The notes beneath the pieces are model-generated. The model was not told where the DNA came from and searched no databases. It worked only from the letters and a program-made list of their open reading frames with translations. Shown one piece after another: positions 1 through 11,108 of a DNA stretch of 64,000 nucleotides. The stretch comes from a virus, in the IMG/VR virus record IMGVR_UViG_3300032282_002699, positions 1-64,000 of that record. One strand, written 5' to 3'. The first letter of the stretch is position 1. Every line of letters starts with the position of its first letter. Position numbers and translations under genes: made by a program.

Positions 1-1043
1 GGGGTTGATCGCATGGACAACTTCTGCGAGCCCTACCGTAACCACTATGCTGCCTGCCCAAACTCCCCTAGTGACAGGAGGTTAAGGCAGATGGAGGGGC
101 TAGGGCTCGTGGAATACTGCGGGGACGCCTGGCAGTACCGGTATTACCGGGCCACGGAGGCGGGCAGGGAGGCGGCCCTGGAGAGTCACAGGAGGGCAGT
201 GGCAGCGATCCCAAAGAGCAAGAGGGTTTACCGTGCCTGGCTCTCCGTCAGTGACGTGTTGCCCGTAACCTTTAAGGAATTCCTCACTGATCCGGAATAC
301 AAAGACATTCGGAAGAGGGCTTGACTAATTCCGGGGCTGTCTTAACCTTACAAGGTAATCAGTTACAATATGGGGTCATGCACTCCCTTACTGACTTCTT
401 CCCTACCTCCGACACAATCAGAAACTGGGCTTCCGTTTTTGACAATACAGGTATCGACGAATACCATTTGTATCACATTATTGCAGGTCAGGCGGCTGCT
501 CTAATGACCCTGAACCTGGTTGCTAACGCCCCTGCAACCGGTAAGGATCTCAACTATAGACCAACTTTGGATCAGGTGGAGCAGTGGGTTTTACCCGTCA
601 AAGGTAGACTCGACCGAGAAGAGTTGCTAGAGTATGTGGCGGAACAGGGGGCAACCTGGGTTGTCCACCAACTGAAGGGGGATTGATGGATCGGCATAAG
701 GAACTATCCCTGATTTATCAAAGCACCCTCTACATCGAGGAAAACCTTAAGAGAGTAGCTGATCTAATCGGGCTCCCAGTAAAGCTTCCTAAGCTGTTTC
801 AACTGGATGCTTGCCTAAGATTTCTAAAATCAATCGAGAATGGTGATGTAGAGGGGTGTCGATTCACTCTGGAGTCCATGTTCATTTGGGGAGACTCTCA
901 CCAAGGGTATGAGTATTGGTCTTTTGTGTTTGAGGGACTGCCTAAGATTAAAGCAGAGAGCTTAACACAAATTAAGCTATGGGCCGTATACTCAGAGCTT
1001 AATCACCAAAAGTACATCCTTCAACGCTTAACTGAAAAGTAAC

Positions 1044-1634
1044 ATGCGAAACACAAACTACTTTGCCCTAGACCTTGAGCTTAACAATCTCAAGAACGGC
1101 CAAGTACCCAAGATCATCCAAGTTGGGGTTGCGATTGGTTCCCCCCTATGGCCCGATGACATTAACACCCATAGCTGGTACATCGACCCACAGGAACCCA
1201 TCTCCCCTTTCATTACGGATCTAACAGGGATCACCGACGAGATCATCCAATCCAAGGCGGTTGACCATCACACCGTGGCAAAGGAGCTTGGGGATCTGAT
1301 AACCGGGTCAGAGTGCTTCACCAATCCTGTGACATGGGGGCAGGGGGATGCAGATGAACTTAAGGCTGAGTTCGATGATAGGGGGATTGACTTTCCGTTC
1401 TTCGGTCGCCGGATCTTCGACGTTAAGACCATCTACGTGTTCCAGCAAATGGTAAGGGGGAAGGCCCTTTCTGGGGGGTTGAGAAAGTCAATGATTTCCT
1501 ATGGGATGAGGTTCATAGGAAGGGCACATAATGCGGAGTACGATGCTCTTAACACCCTGAGGTTCCTTTTCCATTTTATGGAGAGACAAAGGGTTTTTGA
1601 GGACCACCTTGACCAAATGAAAACCCTAAAATGA
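1044..1634 (+). CDS. DEDDh 3'-5' exonuclease (DnaQ/ERI-1-like)
   Basis: ExoI ALDLE, LTGIT, WGQGD, FDVK and ExoIII HNAEYDA motifs. Confidence 0.85.
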   Translation: MRNTNYFALDLELNNLKNGQVPKIIQVGVAIGSPLWPDDINTHSWYIDPQEPISPFITDLTGITDEIIQSKAVDHHTVAKELGDLITGSECFTNPVTWGQGDADELKAEFDDRGIDFPFFGRRIFDVKTIYVFQQMVRGKALSGGLRKSMISYGMRFIGRAHNAEYDALNTLRFLFHFMERQRVFEDHLDQMKTLK

Positions 1635-4153
1635 TGGATCTCAGCGAACTTTTTACAGGGGTGACAACAGCGTCCATAACCCTGTGCATTTTCAAGGTCG
1701 TAGGGTGGCTCCCCATACCTTGGTTATGGTGTTTCGCCCCATTCTGGTTTACTACTCTCCTTCTCGGAGTATGGATCTTTGTGTGGTTTATTGTGAGTTT
1801 CATCAAAGAGACCCTAAGTACAATGTTCTGGTGGTGAATGGAGAAACTTCTTAGGATGTTTGCCGAGGCAAGCAAACGTGGTATTCCCTACGATGTTACG
1901 TGGTACCCCAACTTGGGCTACTTCAGCATAACCTTCGACTTTCACAATGTTCACCTAGACATTACAGAGAGGAAAGGTTTCATGACAACAGACGGTTCGG
2001 ATCTGGGTCAAGCTGCTATGGAAATTTCCCTACGTCTTGGGGTTATTTAACCTTCACAAAAAAAAAGAAAAACAATTAAACTTTTTGGAAAAATGAAAGA
2101 GACTCTCTATCTCTACTTGTGCAAATCAGAAGTAATGATTCCGATTGTTGCCAAGGACGAGGATGACGCTCTAATCAGGTTAAATGAGGAGTATGAGGAC
2201 ATAGTTTCTACAGTCTTCAACCAAGTCCCTGAGGCCATCGAGAATGAGGTGTTGGATCGTGTCCATAGCCTCTCCCCTGACTCTATGTGGGAGGGTTACT
2301 GCCCCCATGGGGACTACTACGGCCCTCAAGAAACCTGCCGTTATTACACACTTGAGGCCCGTAAGGAGAGGGAAGAGGAGGAGAACCGCAGATACACAAG
2401 GGTCAGGGAAGCCCTTGAGGGACTATCTTCTCATGATCTTGAGTGCCTTAAGGAACTTCTTCTGTCAGACTCAGAGAAGGAGTTGCTAAGCAAGTTCATC
2501 GACCCTTGAATCAAAATGACACCCCATGTTTACGGTCAGCCTTTCCACCATTCTGATGCGTATCTGCTGGGGACTCCTGACGACCTAAGGGTGCTGGCTG
2601 GTGCTATTGACCTTGCCCTGTCTAAAGGGGTGGGGTGTATGGACACCTTTACAGACGATGGGGAGGGCTACACCCTATCGGTAATCTGTGCGGATGACGC
2701 TACGATGGAAAAGGCCCGACTTCCGTACTACGACGAGATGGCCACAGATACCCGCCCCCATGTTCTGAACCCTTGGCAAGTTCTGCCCCCTAACACTGAA
2801 ATACCAGGAGAAAGATGATCGAAGCTGAGGATGTTATTAAGGCTCTACTATCAGAGCTTGAGATTTACACCGGTCCCACTATGAGGTGCTTCCCAGGAGT
2901 GATGATGGCCAATGAGTGGCTACGATATAACTCTAAATCTTGTGAGGAAACCCTAAAGAATGCTGAAAGGGGGTAAACTTAGTAAAGTTTACATAAAAAC
3001 ATGAGACTAATTCCTGATTTCTTCGGTAAGGCAGAGTCTAAGAACAGGGGGCCAAACTCCACAGAGGCCACCTTCCTGGCCCTAATGAGTTCTATCCCCG
3101 GCCAATCCTGGTACTCTCTCAAATACCTTGAAGACGGAGAGCCTGATTGCTTTCTAGCCGGGATCAACTTGCCAACTGGCACAGTGACCTTGACTTTCCC
3201 TGCGTCTTTAACTACACTGGTTGAGAAGACCGGGGCTTCGGCCCTGCCCTTACCGTTCAGTTCTGGGACCACCTCTGAGGAGGAGTTTATAGACGGGATG
3301 GTGAGGTTTGCATCACGCTGACCTTTGCATTCAGGAAAATGATTTCCCCCGCCAAGAGCAAGACCCGCACTTTCCTGTCTTTCTCAGCCGTTATCCTGCT
3401 GGGACTTATTTGTGCCCTCAGTCTTAGGGATGGGTGTGAAAACCCAAACTTTGCTTCTTACGGTAATGCTACTGATTGCTCCCCTCGTAAGTAAAGGTGC
3501 AAGGGGGTAAAACTCTGTAACTTTACAGTGGTACCCCCATGAAAGACCCATTGAAGTTACAAGAAAAACTCGTTGAGATTCTTAAGAAACATCCGAACCT
3601 GAAGTTGATCTTCAGAATCCCCTGCTCCGATATCCGACTCAAGGAAATAGCAGGGGTTGTAAAGGACTTTGTTGACAACAGTGGGGATGTTACCAATGAC
3701 GATCCTCTACACGAATGGCTAGAGGAGTATCACTTTTACCATCAGGAAACCTTCACCAGAAGACCATGACGATCACCGAGGTATCTCTCAAGGCTCTTGA
3801 GTTGATTGCCCGTGCCCATGAGTTAAAGCCCCTCTTGGTAGAGACTGAGGTTACTTATGGGTTTTCCATCTCAGGTGGACGCCACTACACAATCAATGTG
3901 TATGACTGCCTGAGGTTCAACCAGCGGCTTCGAGTGGCCCACTTACAGGTTTCTACTAGCCCATCCGTTGAGGAGATGGAGCAAATAGTTGGACAGTTGG
4001 GGGATATGGACGCAGTGCTAAAAGCGTTCTGTTCAGGGAGGTCCGAAAGAGAGGCCATGGTTAGGCGAAAAGAGGAGCTTATGGGTAGTCTGAGCCTGGA
4101 GGACATGTGGCTGCTCGGTATAAGCTGAGGGGGCTAGGCAGTTACGGCATCGG

Positions 4154-4190
4154 TGTGCTATAATATAGGGGTCAGGCGGAGAGCCGCCAC
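4154..4190 (+). promoter_or_regulatory. Early promoter/stem-loop element, copy 1
   Basis: TGC-TATAAT(4159)-ATAGGGGTCA-GGCGG agag CCGCC-AC; ATG at 4212. Confidence 0.8.
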
Positions 4191-4211
4191 TAGCTTCAGG
4201 GGGTGAGAAAC

Positions 4212-4667
4212 ATGGCCAAGGCCTTCATCATGTGCGGTGCTCCCGGTGCTGGGAAGTCCACCCACGTTAAGCAACTGCTCCAGGAACACCCGGATGCCCT
4301 GGTGGTCTGCGGTGATGACATCCGGGAGGAACTGTACGGGGATGCTTCCATTCAGGGGGACTACTCGGACATTCAACGTCGGATGGTTGAAATGATCCGT
4401 GAGGGTCAGGGTAGGGTCGTCATTATGGACGGCACCCACTACCTGTCGTCTTATCGCAAGGCCGCCAAATCCATCCTGAAGGACCATGGTTACGACGAGG
4501 TTGACCTGGTTGTGGTCATCAAGCCCCTTGAGGTTTGCCTCCGTCAGAATGCTGAGCGTGACCGTAAGGTGCCGGAAGAGGTTATCGAACGGATGCACAG
4601 CAGTTTGCTGGCCAGTTTGCCCAACGTCGAGAAGGAGAACTTCAGCAACGTCAAGTTTGTCTATTGA
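4212..4667 (+). CDS. P-loop kinase (AAA_33; polynucleotide kinase-like)
   Basis: Walker A GAPGAGKST, GDDIR, MDGTH and RQNAERDRKVPEEVI lid motif. Confidence 0.85.
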   Translation: MAKAFIMCGAPGAGKSTHVKQLLQEHPDALVVCGDDIREELYGDASIQGDYSDIQRRMVEMIREGQGRVVIMDGTHYLSSYRKAAKSILKDHGYDEVDLVVVIKPLEVCLRQNAERDRKVPEEVIERMHSSLLASLPNVEKENFSNVKFVY

Positions 4668-4693
4668 CAAGCGCCCCTGCCCCATGTTAAAAT
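4664..4693 (+). promoter_or_regulatory. Sigma70-type promoter
   Basis: TTGACA-N18-TAAAAT with TGn; AGGAG RBS before ATG 4720. Confidence 0.7.
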
Positions 4694-4719
4694 ACTAATG
4701 TAGTCAAAGGAGAAAAGTC

Positions 4720-5451
4720 ATGAAAAAATCCGCTCTTACCTTTAGTGAGACCATTCGCCCCGGTGACGTCATTGCTCTGGGTGATATCCACGGTAGCTGG
4801 GATCTGTACAGCCAGTTCCTTGCTTGGATCAAGGATAGTGAAGCTAGTGTGATCCTTTTGGGAGACCTTATTGATCGTGGCGACGGGGATATGGAAGTCC
4901 TCAATGCTACGAGGAAGGTTCTCCATGATCCAGAGTCGTGGGGCCTGCAATCCTTCAATGCGCTCCGTGGCAACCATGAGCAGATGTTCATTGATGCCGC
5001 TAGCGGTCAAAAGTACCCGATGAAGCTCTGGCAGAGCAATGGAGGAGACATCCAACGTCTCCCTGAGATGGTCGATGAGCACCTGGAGTGGATCGAGGCC
5101 CTTCCGATTTACATGACGATTGGAGACACCATGTTCGCCCATGCTGGTGTCCTTCCTGGGGAAGACCCTGCCGAGACCATTGCTCGTGGAAAACTTGAGG
5201 AACTTGTTTGGGTCAGGAACCCCTTTCTCACCAAGGGGCCTCAGTTTGCCAAGTGGAGCAAAACCATCAAGAAGGTTGTTCACGGCCATACTATCACCTT
5301 GTATGAGCGGGATCAAGTTGAGCTGGGGCCAATCGTGAGAAAGGATAGGGTAAACATTGACACAGGGGCCTTCCTTCCCGAGGGATACCTCACTGCTTAC
5401 AACGTCACCCAGGACACTTTCAACCGGTTCGACAGATACCCACAGCTATGA
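4720..5451 (+). CDS. Ser/Thr protein phosphatase-like metallophosphoesterase (NinI/PrpA family)
   Basis: GDIHG, GDLIDRG, RGNHE, HAG, VHGHT and IDTGA motifs. Confidence 0.9.
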   Translation: MKKSALTFSETIRPGDVIALGDIHGSWDLYSQFLAWIKDSEASVILLGDLIDRGDGDMEVLNATRKVLHDPESWGLQSFNALRGNHEQMFIDAASGQKYPMKLWQSNGGDIQRLPEMVDEHLEWIEALPIYMTIGDTMFAHAGVLPGEDPAETIARGKLEELVWVRNPFLTKGPQFAKWSKTIKKVVHGHTITLYERDQVELGPIVRKDRVNIDTGAFLPEGYLTAYNVTQDTFNRFDRYPQL

Positions 5452-5976
5452 CATGAGGAAGCTTAGACTTCGTGTTCTACATAACGATGGCCAAGTTCGG
5501 TGGCATGTGCTACCCTGGGGTAAGAAATCCCTGGACTTGGCTAGAGAGTGGGGGCACATCGTTTTTAGCGAAGTATTCTGGGAATAGCACTCTTAACACA
5601 CTGAGGATCTAAACAGCATGAACTCCCTAATTTCCTACTCGATTCTCATGGGGGCATTTAGCCTGATTGACCTAGTGTTTCCGACTGTGGGAAGCCCCTC
5701 CATGGATCTAGGGTTCGCTTTTATTCTCTTAGGGCTTGGTTTGGCTGCGAAAGATGGTAGAGAAGTTTAGGGTTTATGGTAACTTAGGGCTGATCGCAGG
5801 GCAGTTTGCTCTACTATTCTACTCTCGCCAAGTGGGTCTGTGCATTATCTTGGCATGTAGCTTCATGAACCTTCCTTACTTTGTGAAGCACAAGTATTAC
5901 GACATAGTCTTGTTGATAGTGGTGGGCATAGTCATAAACATGGCTGGACTGGTCTGGGGTGTTGGCCGTTGACCCC

Positions 5977-6006
5977 TTGACGTTCCCCAAGCAGGGAGGT
6001 TATAAT
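5977..6006 (+). promoter_or_regulatory. Sigma70-type promoter
   Basis: TTGACG-N18-TATAAT. Confidence 0.7.
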
Positions 6007-6029
6007 AGGGGAATAATCGCATTAAGGCA

Positions 6030-6173
6030 ATGAACAACGAGTTTACAGGTCAGTTCAAGGTCGGCCCTCGCCAGAAGGGTCGTAAGGATAAGGGCAAGAA
6101 GCGCCCTCAAGCCGTTCGGCAGGCTAAGAAGCGCCGATCTGCCTTCGTCAAGTCGCTACCTCGCAGCGGCTGA
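6030..6173 (+). CDS. Small highly basic protein (47 aa), not in the ORF track
   Basis: MNNEFTGQFKVGPRQKGRKDKGKKRPQAVRQAKKRRSAFVKSLPRSG, directly after a consensus promoter. Confidence 0.65.
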   Translation: MNNEFTGQFKVGPRQKGRKDKGKKRPQAVRQAKKRRSAFVKSLPRSG

Positions 6174-6540
6174 CAGGGGTATAAATCAACTAACGTTCAG
6201 TTGGCATTGCGCCAGCCGGATTAAGCAAACTATCGTCAAGCAGAGTAAGCTACATAAGGCTCAGCTTGAGATGGCTAAAAACACCAGATGTAATGGAAAT
6301 CACAATTGTAAAAGAGTCATCGTCTGAGCCCCTGAGTAGGGCAGTCCACATGACTAATGACGAGTGGCTCATTTTGTCTCAGTGTGTGGAGGCTTTCGCA
6401 GGTACCTACCGTGCTCAGCACAGTCAGACAATCGCCACCTATCTGACTAGGGGGCAAGTTGACAACGCTCTGGCTGAGGCTGATAAGATGGATCAGTTGC
6501 TCAAGCGTCTGGACCACATACAGGTGAAGTTGGTATCGTG

Positions 6541-6942
6541 ATGGGAAAGTCAATCCTGGTGTTTGATATTGATGGGACACTGGCCAAGAAAGAGGATTTT
6601 GGGTCCATGGACTTGGTTAGTATTCCAGCGAAGGATAACATTGTAAGGATTGCTAAGGCTGCCCAGAGGCCAGACATGGGAAGGATGGCGATTGTTACAG
6701 CTAGACCTGAGTCCTCCCGTAAAGGTACTGAAGCTTGGGTAAAGAAGCACGGGTTGAAGCCAGAGTTCCTCCTAATGAGGGGGGAGGGTGACAGCCGCCC
6801 TGATTTCGAGGTCAGGGTAGATCAGGTAAGGAGTCTAATGAAGAGGATGGGTAACAACATTATCCTATACGATGATAAGCAGTCGAACTGCGAAGCTGTA
6901 CGGAAAGCTCTTGGCATAACTTGTAACCACATCAAAAACTAA
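6541..6942 (+). CDS. HAD-family phosphatase (like the 3'-phosphatase domain of polynucleotide kinase)
   Basis: FDIDGTLA, VTARP, LLMR..D.RPD and YDDK motifs. Confidence 0.8.
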   Translation: MGKSILVFDIDGTLAKKEDFGSMDLVSIPAKDNIVRIAKAAQRPDMGRMAIVTARPESSRKGTEAWVKKHGLKPEFLLMRGEGDSRPDFEVRVDQVRSLMKRMGNNIILYDDKQSNCEAVRKALGITCNHIKN

Positions 6943-7367
6943 TGACCAAACCTTACTCCCCTCCCACTTCCTTAAGTAAACGATGCGCCAGCGAAGAGAG
7001 GAAAGAAATGATGAGGCTCATGGCTGAAACTTCCTACAACCCTGCCAATGTAGTCCCATCAAAACAGGAGGAACTGGCCATGTTCATGGTCAGGCAACTC
7101 CACAGCTTTCACGCCGAACCCCACTCTGAAGGGGGGACTTTCACTAAATAACCTAAACTGGGTAAATGAGCAGAATAATTTCAATTTCCATGCCCAAGGA
7201 AGCATGGGAAGAAGTTGTTAACACTCTGGAAACCAAGAGAGTTGACCTTTACTTTAAGTCAGAGACGGCTTTAGGAGTTTACAGAGAAATCCTGGAGGCT
7301 GATATTCAAGAGCTATCTGAAGTTCTGTATGAGATCAAGACCGAGTTAAACCTTACCTAATTTTGCT

Positions 7368-7676
7368 ATGCTGTCCACAGAAACTCGCCTAAAGCTTCAG
7401 AACATCGCTCAGAGAATTGCTTCCAGAGAAGAGGTTTCCCTCACTGAGAGGGTTCTGATTCAGAAGTGGGCCAACCACAACAGAAGCGTTTATGAGATGT
7501 TGAGGAAAGCGGAGAGAGAGGCTTTTTTCGGTGATTCTGAAAGATCCCCCATGGATCAGTTTCTGTCTGACTTGAACCTGGGGGACCCTGATCCATCCAA
7601 TCATCGCACTAAGTTTGATGGTCCCGACGACCTAAGGGACTTCTTTAGAGCCCCGGACTGGACCCGCAGAGATTGA
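7368..7676 (+). CDS. Hypothetical protein of a type recalled from cyanophages
   Basis: MLSTETRLKL...LNLGDPDPSNHRT pattern; recognition from memory only. Confidence 0.5.
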   Translation: MLSTETRLKLQNIAQRIASREEVSLTERVLIQKWANHNRSVYEMLRKAEREAFFGDSERSPMDQFLSDLNLGDPDPSNHRTKFDGPDDLRDFFRAPDWTRRD

Positions 7677-8205
7677 ACTTCCAAAACTTCTTCGAACTTT
7701 TTAGGAAAAACCACATGATTGCTGAATCGACTACTGTTGTTGAGACGACCGATACGATTGGACATTCACCATGGATTGATGATCGGTTTAGGGTTGAGGA
7801 GAGCCGATGGGGTTCATGGAGTTCCTTTGACAAAATGGAAGAAAAACTTGTTACTTCATTGACAAAGGACCTCTGCATAGATGCTACGAGGTTTTATCTG
7901 AAAGGGCTGCAGGATGGATTCTCCCCCGACGATAAGACTCATAGCGGGACTGTAGACGGAAAGCTTTAAGTTTGGTTGGGTATAGGTAGGAAAAACTTAA
8001 TAACTAGGCAGTGTGTATGGTTAGGACCCTTTATGACGATAGAGTAGCTTTAGCAGAAGAGTTATCGTCCGTTATCGTAAGAGAGAAAAGTCGAGAGGAA
8101 CTAGAGGTTGTTGTTCGAGATGTGGTATTAGAGGAACTCCTGGGTCTAGGGTGGGGTGACATCACCCTCTTTGCCGAGGACTACGGATTATACATCCCCT
8201 AGTCA

Positions 8206-8235
8206 TTGACACCCACCCTCCGAACACCCTATAAT
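8206..8235 (+). promoter_or_regulatory. Sigma70-type promoter
   Basis: TTGACA-N18-TATAAT; the downstream gene probably starts at ATG 8260. Confidence 0.75.
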
Positions 8236-8550
8236 GGGGGACGTCAACGGTGCAAGGACATGGCTCAACCCAAAAAGCTCTATCCTGAGTTCAGATGGAT
8301 GCAAGTATCTGAGGACGGACTTCTCAGGCTTGTTAAAGACCGATGGGGGTACACCCACAGCTTCCTGGGGTACCCGTTTGAGTCCAGAGAAGAAGCACTG
8401 AAGGGCCTCTCAAACTATGTTGCCGAGAACGAAGATGTATACATGGGCTCATACACCCTCGTCGAGTCTTACCGGATCGAGTACGATTGAGGAGATTGAC
8501 CTGCACACCGGCCCCCAAATCATGGGGGCTCAAACCACACTGAGGATCGA

Positions 8551-9303
8551 ATGAGAGACCCCGTACTATTGCTACAGTCAGGCCCAGTGATGGCCGCTGA
8601 GAAGACCGCCTGCTGCTTCTCCAACTACCCTGTTGAGTATTGCAAGTATGAGGACTTGCATAAGAAAGAGGGCAAGATGCTTAAGTATGTCCCTGTGGGT
8701 AGCGTAGAGTTTACCGAAGCCTACTGTGAGGTAGTCGGTATCTCCGTGCCCCGCTCGCTCACCTACCCAAACTTTTCTCGCAATTACCTAGACAGGGACG
8801 TATCTGTAAAGACATTGAAAGATGCTGGGGGTGGAGAGTTTATCAAGCCCTTCCACAAGGTGAAGCTTTTTACCGGGTGTGTGAAGAATCAGCTCCATGA
8901 GCAAGGCGTGAAGGTAGACGGGGATACGGAAGTGTGGGCTTCCGAAGCAGTCCCCTTTGAGTCCGAGTTTCGGTTCTACGTGCATGACTTTGTAACCGAG
9001 CCCAAGATTTTCGGATGGTCCAGGTACGATGACCTTGATGTGACAAACCCGGAACCTGACGTGGGTTTAGTTGAGGCCATAGCTCAAGAGTTTCATGATC
9101 AGCTTGGCCCGAATGCCTACACGGTGGACATTGGCTGGAGGCCTGACCTTGGGAAGTATTCTCTGGTGGAGATAAATGACGGTTGGGCCTTAGGGTATTA
9201 TTCACCTAATGACCCGCAATCCAACCCACCAACTCGACAACAGTATGCGGACATGCTTGTTACACGATGGACCCAGATTCTATTCTGTAACTTGCCTTTC
9301 TGA
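8551..9303 (+). CDS. ATP-grasp domain protein (DUF4343/R2K-like)
   Basis: FIKP..KLFTG, SEFRFYV, YTVDIG and LVEINDGWALGYY motifs. Confidence 0.75.
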   Translation: MRDPVLLLQSGPVMAAEKTACCFSNYPVEYCKYEDLHKKEGKMLKYVPVGSVEFTEAYCEVVGISVPRSLTYPNFSRNYLDRDVSVKTLKDAGGGEFIKPFHKVKLFTGCVKNQLHEQGVKVDGDTEVWASEAVPFESEFRFYVHDFVTEPKIFGWSRYDDLDVTNPEPDVGLVEAIAQEFHDQLGPNAYTVDIGWRPDLGKYSLVEINDGWALGYYSPNDPQSNPPTRQQYADMLVTRWTQILFCNLPF

Positions 9304-9884
9304 CAGTATTCCCCAAACCATGACAAATGACGACAAAAGCAAGTTCACAAGATAAGATTTCACAACTGGAAAAGCAGATTATTGATTTGCAAAGAGAGTT
9401 AGACGCAGCAAGGAAGAACTCCACGTCCATCTGGTGCAAAGTCTTCGATGATCTTATTGACTCGGGGATTGAGCAGGATAGGGCTGATGAGCTAGCGGAC
9501 ATGTTCGCTAAGGCTGTGGTTGACTGGACAAAAGCCCAGAGGGCAAAGATCAATCGCAAGGTGTCTTCAATGGGAGTCATGCCCCCCTACACAGACTGCC
9601 TTAATGACCTCATCGTCAGTGCGTCCAATCCGGAAACTGACCATAGCGATCTGCTGCCCCCGGAGGAACCCGATCGTGACCTTTTGGCCGAGATCACCCC
9701 AGCAGTAAGGATCCCCACCCCACCTCCGTCGATTACCCAAGGCGACGACTCGTCCTTGCACATGGGCCCAGCAAAAATGCTCAGGGTAAATGTGCCCAAA
9801 CCCCGCTCTAGGACTGTAATTCCGCCCAGTCTCCCGGAAGAGCAACCCCAAGATTGAGGGGTATAGCCCCACAAGCCGGATAAG

Positions 9885-9923
9885 TGTGGTACAATATGGG
9901 GGTAAGGCGGCAGGAGCCGCCAC
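9885..9923 (+). promoter_or_regulatory. Early promoter/stem-loop element, copy 2
   Basis: TGG-TACAAT(9890)-ATGGGGGTAA-GGCGGC agga GCCGCC-AC; ATG at 9936. Confidence 0.85.
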
Positions 9924-9935
9924 CGCATTATTCCC

Positions 9936-10343
9936 ATGAACGACTTCCCTGTTATCGCTGCTCGCTTTGCCGGTCGTGTCGCTGGCACCGCTGTCCGTCG
10001 CTTCCGTGAGACGGATTGGGTGACCATCGCTGACCGCACCGCCGAATACGCCCTGATTGCCTGGGCTCTTCTCCAGATCCTGACTGCTTTCGTCGTCATT
10101 GCTGCTGAGTACGTCTGGGAGAACCGTGAGGAGATCCAGGATGCGGCCTACGCTGCTATCGCTGCAACTGTGGAGAAGGCTGAGGAGGTTTATGCCACTG
10201 GGCAGGAGTTTCGCCAGTGGTTGGAAGGCGTGAGTGAGGAGGTGGCCAACACTGCGGCCACCATTCCCGCACCATTCGCCCCTGTTGCCCCCATCGCTGG
10301 CCCCTTCCTCATGCTTTTCCGGGCTCTTACCCCGGCGGTTTGA
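9936..10343 (+). CDS. Ala-rich hypothetical protein with one predicted TM helix (cassette gene)
   Basis: ORF between the promoter element and a terminator; hydrophobic ALIAWALLQILTAFVVIAA. Confidence 0.7.
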   Translation: MNDFPVIAARFAGRVAGTAVRRFRETDWVTIADRTAEYALIAWALLQILTAFVVIAAEYVWENREEIQDAAYAAIAATVEKAEEVYATGQEFRQWLEGVSEEVANTAATIPAPFAPVAPIAGPFLMLFRALTPAV

Positions 10344-10395
10344 GTCCCGTTCTGATAGCAAAAGCAAACCGGTGCCCCTTCAGGTTTGCTCCCAT

Positions 10396-10421
10396 AAGCC
10401 CCGGCCTAACCGGGGCTTTTT
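10396..10421 (+). terminator. Rho-independent terminator
   Basis: AAGCCCCGG cctaa CCGGGGCTT followed by a T tract. Confidence 0.85.
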
Positions 10422-10499
10422 CGTAATTGTCAAGTCCCCTTGGCAAATGTCCCCAACCGCTCATATAATCGCCCCTACCCACACAAGCCCAACCCAACA

Positions 10500-10535
10500 T
10501 GGTATAATATGGGGGTAAGGCGGCAGGGCCGCCAC
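10500..10535 (+). promoter_or_regulatory. Early promoter/stem-loop element, copy 3
   Basis: TGG-TATAAT(10503)-ATGGGGGTAA-GGCGGC agg GCCGCC-AC; ATG at 10548. Confidence 0.85.
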
Positions 10536-10547
10536 CGTTTCAGAAAC

Positions 10548-10964
10548 ATGGACGCCATCACCGCTATCGAGAACCTGATCCGCCGCCTTTCCTCCATCGA
10601 GGAGCGTAAGGCTGAGCTAGACGAGCAAGGTGCTCCCATTCGCACCAAGCTGTTCGGTTTGCTTGAAGCCCACGTCAGCAACAAGGCCGAAACCATCTAC
10701 GGCCGGGTGAACCTCAAGGAGGAGAAGGTTTATGACTACTCCGGCAACTCGGATGTTGCACTGGCTATGGAAGCTGTAGAGGTTGCCAAGGCCCAGCTCA
10801 AGGCTGCTCAGAAAGCTGCCCAATCCACTTCCCCGTTCACTATCAAGCGCACCCTGGTGTTCTACCGGAACAAGGCAGTGAGCGCCCGTGCCAAAGGGAA
10901 GCGGGTCTACATCCGGTCGTTCCTGCGACTGCGCAAATCCCCCAAAACGACCACTGCCTCCTGA
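10548..10964 (+). CDS. Hypothetical coiled-coil protein with a basic C-terminus (cassette gene)
   Basis: Start placed downstream of the promoter element rather than at 10440. Confidence 0.7.
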   Translation: MDAITAIENLIRRLSSIEERKAELDEQGAPIRTKLFGLLEAHVSNKAETIYGRVNLKEEKVYDYSGNSDVALAMEAVEVAKAQLKAAQKAAQSTSPFTIKRTLVFYRNKAVSARAKGKRVYIRSFLRLRKSPKTTTAS

Positions 10965-11108
10965 TGCGCATAGGAAGGGGCAAGGGTATACCACTTGCCT
11001 TTACCCCTAAGCTGCTGTATAACTCCCCAGCCGACAAAAAACTTGTGCATCAGAGCGACTACTGAAGGGTAATGGGTATAACTACCTTTGTGGTTGCTTA
11101 TCTCAAAA

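Noticed and set aside
6192-6225. ACGTTCA-hairpin-CGGA resembling a glutamine (glnA) riboswitch or a tmRNA piece
   Set aside because: No downstream GAACG closes P1, there is no GGAAGUA, and there is no tRNA-like end or Ala-Ala tag.
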